Positions 57,703 to 64,000 of a stretch of 64,000 nt of DNA are shown here, in pieces. The notes below the pieces were generated by a model, which was given only the letters and a program-made list of their open reading frames with translations, did no database searches and had not been told where the DNA came from. The stretch is from an uncultured Acidobacteriota bacterium (GTDB lineage: Bacteria > Acidobacteriota > Thermoanaerobaculia > Gp7-AA8): the NCBI GenBank assembly GCA_963741955.1, contig CAVUKB010000005.1:640001-704000 (forward strand), in the 5' to 3' direction. The position numbers were made by a program, and so were the translations under genes. How positions within the stretch are numbered: position 1 is the first letter of the stretch; every line of letters begins with the position of its first letter.

Positions 57703-59580
57703 TCAGAAGTCGAGGTTCTCCGTGATCCGCGTACCGTCCTTCGCGAACGCTTCGCGGTACTTCCGGATCCGCTTGCGGGCCACGCCGAGGTCGTGGTTGT
57801 CGAGATTGAGGTTGAGGAGATCGATGTACCAGGGGATCTTCACCGGACTGGTGACGATCGCCTCGACGATCGCGCGTGCGATCGGGAGCGTGGTTCCCTT
57901 CGAGTCGTCATGGACGTCGCGGTTGCTCGCGGTGAGGAGCTTCGCGGTCTCTTCTTCGATCAGACGCGAGAAGAGATCTTCCGTCAGTGCATCGCCCGCG
58001 CGGACGCCGGTCTCCGGATCATTCTCGGTGAACCGCGCATCTTTGTGCAGCCACTCCCAGAGGATGCTCGCACGGATCTCACCGGTGGCCATGTCCTCCA
58101 TCAGGTAGAGAACGTCTTCGTTGCCGAAGAAGTCGGCGGGCTTGAGTGCTGCAGCCTGGAATCCGCGTCCGAACGCATTGCCGTACTGGAGCGCGACGCT
58201 GAGGAGATCCCGCGCGCCACGCACCGTGCGCGGCGCCGGCTCGAGGAGGGTCAGGTCTTCCGCGTCATCCTCGGTGTAGGTCAGAGGCGGGAACTCGCGT
58301 CCCATCTGGTTCTCCTCCCCTACCTTCTCCCATACCGGGCGGACGATGTGCACCATCTTCCAGTGCGCCACCCACTTGCCGCTCGCCCCCTCGCGCTGCT
58401 CGCGCTCCGCCCCGGCGACCGCTTTCTTCATCCCCGCCTCGACGCCTCCCTTCGACCCGACCGGGATATTCGGTTCCATCCCTCCCTGCCAGAGCGCGAA
58501 ACGGCCGTTCCGGTCGGGCGTGTTCATCGCCCGCCGCACCCGGTCTTCGTAGATCCGCATGTAGCCGTACGTCATTCCGATCGCGTCGATGTTCGGATTC
58601 ACGAATGACGGATCCCACCACATCGCGTCGGCGACACTGTTGATGTAGTCCCAGCGACCGGTGTTGAACCCGACGAAGTGTCTACCGAAAGCCGCACGGA
58701 TCTCCATCAGCTGGAACGTCGCCTCGATCTGTTCGACCAGGACGTAGACCTTGATCGTGCCCGCCGGGAGCTTCAGATGCTCCTCGAGCTTCGACAGGAT
58801 GTCATTCCAGAGCGCCGCTTCTTCCGCGGTCTGGATCTTCGGCAGGTAGAGCACGATCGAACGCCCCTGGGATCTCAGCGGGCGGTAGTTGTTCACCACG
58901 TAGAGAACGGTGTCGACGATCGAGGCGGAGAATCCCGTGCCGTCCGCCTCCCGGATGTGACGGTCGTCGAGATGGAGCCCGCGTGCCCGGAAGATCCGGG
59001 TGGTGAAATCGAGCTGTTCTCTCCAGTCCGCGATGATGTCGTGGCCGAAGAACCCCTGCGCCCACCGGTTCATCTCCCCCGCGATCTTCTCGGCGACGGC
59101 GAGGAACTTCGCGTCCTTCGCGAGCGCGAGCTTCAGGTTCCGCTGGTTGTCGAGCGACATGGTGTCCACCTGACCCAGCGCGTCCTCCCCGTCGAACATC
59201 CATCCGTCCGCACCGGAGAGGAGCGCATACGCCACGTTCCTCAACCCGTCCTCGGTGGTCGATCGCGGACGCGTCGCCGGCCCGGTTCCCTGAATCCACT
59301 GCCGCTGCAGGTCGGGAGGTATCTCGCTTCCTTCGAAGTTGCCTTCGCGCGCGTCACGAACCTTGATGCCGGTGCGGGGTATGGTCGAGTCAGGATCGAG
59401 AAACCCGATCCGCTTCTTCGATCGCGCACGTTCCTGGCGTCGCGCGATCCGCTCGTTCATGATGCGCCGCCGTTCACGATTCAGAGGCACGAGAAGCTCC
59501 ATCGCGTCGACCGCCTCAGCGGTCAGGATGTCGGGGTAGGCTTCGGTCAGACGATCTCGAATCTCGAGCTTTCGCGGCAT
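57703..59580 (-). CDS. Malate synthase
   Basis: DGED, RARGLHL, LYLPK...EEA.LWN, VLVE, GFNTGRWDYI, GGM, G.WVAH, LMEDMATGEI. Confidence 0.9.
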   Translation of the reverse strand: MPRKLEIRDRLTEAYPDILTAEAVDAMELLVPLNRERRRIMNERIARRQERARSKKRIGFLDPDSTIPRTGIKVRDAREGNFEGSEIPPDLQRQWIQGTGPATRPRSTTEDGLRNVAYALLSGADGWMFDGEDALGQVDTMSLDNQRNLKLALAKDAKFLAVAEKIAGEMNRWAQGFFGHDIIADWREQLDFTTRIFRARGLHLDDRHIREADGTGFSASIVDTVLYVVNNYRPLRSQGRSIVLYLPKIQTAEEAALWNDILSKLEEHLKLPAGTIKVYVLVEQIEATFQLMEIRAAFGRHFVGFNTGRWDYINSVADAMWWDPSFVNPNIDAIGMTYGYMRIYEDRVRRAMNTPDRNGRFALWQGGMEPNIPVGSKGGVEAGMKKAVAGAEREQREGASGKWVAHWKMVHIVRPVWEKVGEENQMGREFPPLTYTEDDAEDLTLLEPAPRTVRGARDLLSVALQYGNAFGRGFQAAALKPADFFGNEDVLYLMEDMATGEIRASILWEWLHKDARFTENDPETGVRAGDALTEDLFSRLIEEETAKLLTASNRDVHDDSKGTTLPIARAIVEAIVTSPVKIPWYIDLLNLNLDNHDLGVARKRIRKYREAFAKDGTRITENLDF

Positions 59581-59808
59581 GCAGGCACTCCTTCTCTGGA
59601 CTGGGTCGAGCTCCCGGCGCTTGCGGTGGTTCGATCGCGGTCCGAAGAGCTCGCGGAGATCCCGTTCGAAACCCGTGCCGATCTCAACGAGTGACCCTCC
59701 GGCCGGGCCGGGCGCCTTTGTTTATCACGATCCACGGTCCGCATGCACGCGAGGCGGACTCGTGCACGTTCCGGGTGGCCTCGGCGCGGCGAGCGCAGCG
59801 AGCCGAAA

Positions 59809-59913
59809 GGAGTGCGGATTTGTAATCCGCCGCGCAGATCGCGTTCGGAGCGGATCGTCACGGTGCCTGCCGCAAGAGGGAAAAAGTCCGTGCGGCCGGG
59901 ACGGTCGCACCAC
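59809..59913. repeat. REP cluster: GGAGTGCGGATTTGTAATCCGCC element plus an inverted GTGGTGCGACCGTCCCGGCCGCA
   Basis: 59809-59857 matches the reverse complement of 24260-24308; 59891-59913 matches the trpF REP. Confidence 0.78.
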
Positions 59914-59954
59914 CGGTGGTGGTACGATGCCTCCATCTTCACCAGGATGGAACC

Positions 59955-60467
59955 ATGAAACGTGCGTTCGTCGCCGTCCGCGCCGTCGTCTACGCGTCCC
60001 TTTTCGTCTCCCTCTGGGTCTGGATCGCGATCCGCCTGCGGAGCCTCGATCCTTACCTCGTCCTGCGTCTCCCGTCGTGGGTGAGACCCATCGGTGGAGT
60101 CCTGGCACTCTGCGGACTCGCCATCGGCGTCGGATGTATCTACGCCTTCATCGCCTACGGACACGGCACGCCTGCGCCGTTCGATCCGCCTCGAGAGTTC
60201 GTCGCGGTCGGACCGTACCGTCTCGTCCGCAACCCGATGTACGTCGGAGGATTCGTGCTGATCCTCGGCGCGGGACTTTTCGTCCTCTCGCCCGCGATCG
60301 TCGCGCTGGCGTTCGTTCTCCTCGCCGTCACGCACGTGATGGTGGTGCTGGTCGAAGAGCCGGATCTGCAGCGCCGGTTCGGCGAGAGCTATCAGCGGTA
60401 TCGCGCATCGGTGAGGCGGTGGCTCCCCGCACCGCCGCGAAGCACGAGCGGCTCCGCTCTCGACTGA
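59955..60467 (+). CDS. Isoprenylcysteine carboxyl methyltransferase / PEMT family membrane protein
   Basis: G.GTPAP.DPP, GPYR.VRNPMY.G, EE..L..RFG..Y..Y...V.RW. Confidence 0.9.
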   Translation: MKRAFVAVRAVVYASLFVSLWVWIAIRLRSLDPYLVLRLPSWVRPIGGVLALCGLAIGVGCIYAFIAYGHGTPAPFDPPREFVAVGPYRLVRNPMYVGGFVLILGAGLFVLSPAIVALAFVLLAVTHVMVVLVEEPDLQRRFGESYQRYRASVRRWLPAPPRSTSGSALD

Positions 60468-60475
60468 CGCGGCGG

Positions 60476-61036
60476 TCACCGCAGCGGAAGATAGCGCTCG
60501 ACCACGACCCGGCGGTGGTGCAGCTCATGCCCCGCGATGTGGAACGCGAGCCCCCGGGGAGTCGCCTGGTAGCCGTTCACCATCCCTCGCCGCAGCCACC
60601 CTTCGGGATCGAGTCCGCGGAACAGCGTGATCGACGCGTCCCTCACCGACCGGTATTCACCGATCACGTCGCCCAGGATGCGACGTTCGAAACCGGATGC
60701 TTCCATATAGGCGTTCTCGTCGAATCCGGGAAGAGGGGACGAGTCACCCCGCGCGATGCAGAGAGCGCGATAAGCAAAAATCCGCTCGTCGTCCGAGAGA
60801 TGGCCGAGGATCTGTTTGAGGGACCACTTCCCCGGAGCGTAGGTGAGATTGCTCTCTTCTTCGCTGAACCGTTCGAAGAGAGCGACAGTTTCATCGCGGA
60901 GCCTGGTGAGCACGGAGACCGCATCGTGGCCTTCGACCCGATCGATGTCCGGCTGGGCATATGCGGCGAATTCGCCGCTCGCGGGGCGGCCCGACTCCGC
61001 TCTCGAACTGTCGTCTCGCACGTTCACGAGGGCCAT
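60476..61036 (-). CDS. DinB family protein
   Basis: YAPGKWSLKQILGHL.D.ERIF.YRAL, LPGFDEN, GHELHH. Confidence 0.9.
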   Translation of the reverse strand: MALVNVRDDSSRAESGRPASGEFAAYAQPDIDRVEGHDAVSVLTRLRDETVALFERFSEEESNLTYAPGKWSLKQILGHLSDDERIFAYRALCIARGDSSPLPGFDENAYMEASGFERRILGDVIGEYRSVRDASITLFRGLDPEGWLRRGMVNGYQATPRGLAFHIAGHELHHRRVVVERYLPLR

Positions 61037-61109
61037 GAAAACGGTCCTCCCTTTTCGGGGTCCGGATGACGACATCCTGATTACCGGGAGCGCGACGTCC
61101 GCTGCTCTG

Positions 61110-61343
61110 TCAGACGGAAGCGTTCGGATCCGTCTCCAAGTTCTCCCGGTTCTCCGAATCGTCCGCGCCTTCCATCTCCGATTCAGTGTCCGCTTCAGCC
61201 GTCCCTTCGATGAAGGATGCCGTTCCATCGTCCGTCGTCTTCTCGCTCTTCCTCTGAGCGCGCCGTTCCGCTTTTCGCTCCCGGCGTTCTCGTTTCGACT
61301 GCTCGCGCTGGCGCTTCACGACGGATACCTGGGGTCTCGGCAT
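61110..61343 (-). CDS. Small hypothetical protein, basic N-half and acidic C-half
   Basis: Strong RBS GGAGGTGA before ATG; MPRPQVSVVKRQREQSKRERRERKAERR... Confidence 0.65.
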   Translation of the reverse strand: MPRPQVSVVKRQREQSKRERRERKAERRAQRKSEKTTDDGTASFIEGTAEADTESEMEGADDSENRENLETDPNASV

Positions 61344-61555
61344 CTTCACCTCCATAGGACAGAATCGGACGAGACAGGACCTGCTCCCGTCGCCGACTGT
61401 GTTGGTAATTTTGTTCAGGCGTGTCAGACGGCATGAGCTCGACGTCTGAAGTGCTGACGTTCGGTGCAACCACTCCGCAGCGATGTGAATTCCGATCGCG
61501 CGACGTCGAACGGTCGCCGGAGTGAGAATGGCCGGCGTGGAACGCAGGCGGGAGC

Positions 61556-63139
61556 TCACGAGCTCTTTTCTTCGTGATACTCCTCTTCGGTGTTGATCTC
61601 CCAGAGGTTCGACTTGTCGGTCCGACCCTCGACGATGTTGTCCACTGCGACCATCGCAGTCAGCATGGAGTGATCCTGGTTGTTGTAGCGGTGCATCCCG
61701 TTGCGACCGACCAGGAAGAGATTCTCGAACCGGTCGGTGAAGCTCCGGATCACGTCGAATCTCGGATACGTGCCGAAGTACGCGGGATACGTCTTCGGCA
61801 TCCGGAGAACCACGCTGTCGAGAACGTCGGACGGATCGACGATCCTGATGCGCGTCAGCTCCTCGACGCCGAGGGCGGCCATCTTATCGTCGTCCAGATT
61901 CCAGAGCGCGTCTCCCTGATTGCAGAAGTACTCGAGGCCGATCCAGACGCTCTCCGGATCGGCGACCATGTACGGGCTCCAGTTGTTGAAGATCTGGAGC
62001 CGTCCGAGCAGCACGTCCGGCTCCTGGATGTAGATCCAGTTGTCGCGGATCAGACTTCCGTCGGGCTCGGAGACGCGAAGGCGTTTCACCAGCAGCCCCA
62101 CCGCGACGAAGTCCCGGTACATCAGCCCTTCCGCGACCGACCGAACTTCTTCAGGGATGTCGAGATCCATCGCCGCGATCAGCTTCCGGACCGGCATGGA
62201 CGAAAAGACGTAGTCGCCGGAGAGCTCTCTCTCCTCACCCGTCTCGCGATTCCGCGCCCGGACGCCGCGGACGCGATTCGCTCCGTCGGTGAGAATGCCG
62301 ACCACCTCCCATCGGGTCAGGATCTCTCCCCCCGCTGCGGTGATCTTCCGGGCCACTTCGTCCCACATCTGCCCCGGACCGAGCTTCGGGTAAAGAAACT
62401 GTTCGATCAGCGAAGTCTCGACGTCCTTCTGCCGGACGTCCGCGCGGCGCGGGACGAGTTTCTTCAGGTAGTGAAGGATGACCTTCCGGATCGAGAGGCC
62501 CTTCACTCTCTGCGCTCCCCACTCGGCGCTGATCTGATCGCAGCTCACGCCCCACACCTTTTCGGTGTAGGACTTGAAGAACGTCTCGTAGAGCTCGCGT
62601 CCGAAACGGTTGATGAAGAACTGCTCGAGAGTCTTCTCTTCGCGGATCGGCATCAGCGTCGACCTGAGATACGACAGACCGATCCGGATCGTCCTCCACG
62701 GTCCGAGCTTCCTCAGTGTGTCGAACGAAAGTGTGATGGGATAGTCGAAGAACGTCCGGTTGAAGTAGATCCTCGAGCGGCGCGAACGGAGCAGCATCAC
62801 CCGATCCTCGGTTTCCGGATCCGGGCCCTCTTCCTCCGTGGTCAGATCGCGGGAGCCGCGGTGGTACGTGATCGTGGTCCGCCGTCCGTCGAGCCGCTGG
62901 AGAGGAAGGATGTCCATCCACCACTCCATGACCCGGTCCGACTTGGAGAAGAAGCGATGCCCCCCGATGTCGATGCGGTTGCCGTGGTGCTCGACGGTCC
63001 GGGAGATTCCCCCCATGTACGTGCTCTGCTCGAGCACCACCGGGCGGATGTCGCTTCGGCGGAGGAGCTCCAGTGCCGCGGTCAGACCAGCCGGGCCGGC
63101 TCCGATGATGATCGCGGTCTTCCGCTGCCGTTCACTCAT
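61556..63139 (-). CDS. NAD(P)/FAD-dependent oxidoreductase (UDP-galactopyranose mutase / protoporphyrinogen oxidase-like)
   Basis: [49 protein letters not shown]. Confidence 0.88.
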   Translation of the reverse strand: MSERQRKTAIIIGAGPAGLTAALELLRRSDIRPVVLEQSTYMGGISRTVEHHGNRIDIGGHRFFSKSDRVMEWWMDILPLQRLDGRRTTITYHRGSRDLTTEEEGPDPETEDRVMLLRSRRSRIYFNRTFFDYPITLSFDTLRKLGPWRTIRIGLSYLRSTLMPIREEKTLEQFFINRFGRELYETFFKSYTEKVWGVSCDQISAEWGAQRVKGLSIRKVILHYLKKLVPRRADVRQKDVETSLIEQFLYPKLGPGQMWDEVARKITAAGGEILTRWEVVGILTDGANRVRGVRARNRETGEERELSGDYVFSSMPVRKLIAAMDLDIPEEVRSVAEGLMYRDFVAVGLLVKRLRVSEPDGSLIRDNWIYIQEPDVLLGRLQIFNNWSPYMVADPESVWIGLEYFCNQGDALWNLDDDKMAALGVEELTRIRIVDPSDVLDSVVLRMPKTYPAYFGTYPRFDVIRSFTDRFENLFLVGRNGMHRYNNQDHSMLTAMVAVDNIVEGRTDKSNLWEINTEEEYHEEKSS

Positions 63140-63286
63140 CCCCTTCCCTTCTCTCCAGCGCTCTCCACCGCAAGACAGGATAACCCGGCCGTACCCGAAT
63201 CCGGATGAGCCCGTAGCCGGCGCGTGAAGCTCGCCTTGCCCGGATGTAACCTGCGGCCTTCCTGCATTGCGCTATTCTCGATTCAA

Positions 63287-64000
63287 GTGCGTGCAGTGAC
63301 GAGAAATCCAACCGCCATCCTCTCTCTCGCGACGACTCTCGCTCTCCTTTTCATACCCTCCGTCGCCTCGGCTCACAAAGACGACTACATCGATGAGACG
63401 CTGGTGTTTCTCACGCTCCAGCGCGGGGAGCTCGAACCCGAGTACTGGTTCGACAGCGTGAGGACATCCGACGGGGACCACTTTCTCCGCCACAATCTGG
63501 CCCTCGAATATGGCGTGAGCGACCATCTGATGGTCGACGGCCGGATCACCCTCGGTGATTCGAGCGGAAACGGGTTCGATGCGGCGCGCGCCGAAGTGCG
63601 GTACCGCTTCGGAAACGAAGGGGACCGCCCGGTCGACATCGCACTCTCGGGCGAGGTGAACTCGGAGCGGACTCCGGAAGGAGATCGCGAGACGGCGCTC
63701 GAGCCGCGCCTGATCCTCTCGAAGGATTTCCTCACCGGAAGAGCCAACGCGACCCTGAACCTTTCGGAAGAAATCCCGACGACCGGAGGAGGTTCATCGT
63801 TCCGACCGGCATTCGGCCTTCGGTACGATCCTTCCGAGCTCTTTCGCATCGGCGCCGAACTGCAGTACGACCGCCAGCTCCGAGAAACATCCGTCGTGCC
63901 ACAGATCGCGATGACGCTCCCGCACGATGCGAATCTCCGGTTCGGGTACTCGAAGGCGATCCATCATGGCGGAGCCGATTTCGTGCGGATTGCGTTGGAG
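63287..64000 (+). CDS. Probable secreted / outer-membrane beta-barrel protein, truncated by window end (absent from the ORF track)
   Basis: Open frame VRAVTRNPTAILSLATTLALLFIPSVASA-HKDDYIDETLVF...LEYGVSD..EVRYRFG..LEPRLILSKDF; signal peptide and amphipathic strands. Confidence 0.7.
   Translation, partial: MRAVTRNPTAILSLATTLALLFIPSVASAHKDDYIDETLVFLTLQRGELEPEYWFDSVRTSDGDHFLRHNLALEYGVSDHLMVDGRITLGDSSGNGFDAARAEVRYRFGNEGDRPVDIALSGEVNSERTPEGDRETALEPRLILSKDFLTGRANATLNLSEEIPTTGGGSSFRPAFGLRYDPSELFRIGAELQYDRQLRETSVVPQIAMTLPHDANLRFGYSKAIHHGGADFVRIALE

Noticed and set aside
59590-59694. Possible gene remnant (WVELPALAVVRSRSEELAEIPFETRADLNE) on the + strand
   Set aside because: No family recognised; may be the tail of a shadow ORF

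Overview
High-GC bacterial chromosomal window. Gene content and secreted-protein motifs suggest Acidobacteriota, possibly Thermoanaerobaculia (inference only). In order it holds: an ftsX-like 3' end, an SDR and hemL; a MacAB-type ABC exporter; NRDE; wcaJ plus a GT4 glycosyltransferase; a DUF4388-FHA protein; a CocE/NonD hydrolase; a radical SAM/SPASM protein; a LacI-controlled glucan utilisation locus (GH1, TonB-dependent receptor, GH144-like enzyme, ABC transporter, discoidin/GH protein); a membrane PP2C phosphatase; an 11-gene aroDE-hisS-trpEGDCFBA-chorismate mutase-aroF operon; YbaK; an SSS symporter; hicB with a broken hicA; a GH88/105 enzyme; a large secreted protein; a deoxyhypusine-synthase-like protein; SirB1; recO; a RAYT transposase; malate synthase; and several small genes. 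Four things stand out. (1) An almost leaderless attenuator peptide, MTCTRVSFFGYWWWHLTH, with terminator and antiterminator; its Phe/Tyr/Trp/His codons mirror the aromatic + hisS operon it precedes. (2) A REP-associated tyrosine transposase embedded in an 11-unit array of near-identical 179-bp multi-hairpin direct repeats, with related satellite arrays 22-25 kb away. (3) REP palindromes sitting in frame inside coding sequence: trpF, and probably the N-terminus of a sugar-binding protein. (4) Many heptamer/octamer microsatellites, some of which supply gene stop codons. No rRNA, tRNA or CRISPR array was seen. All calls come from reading the sequence; no database searches were run.
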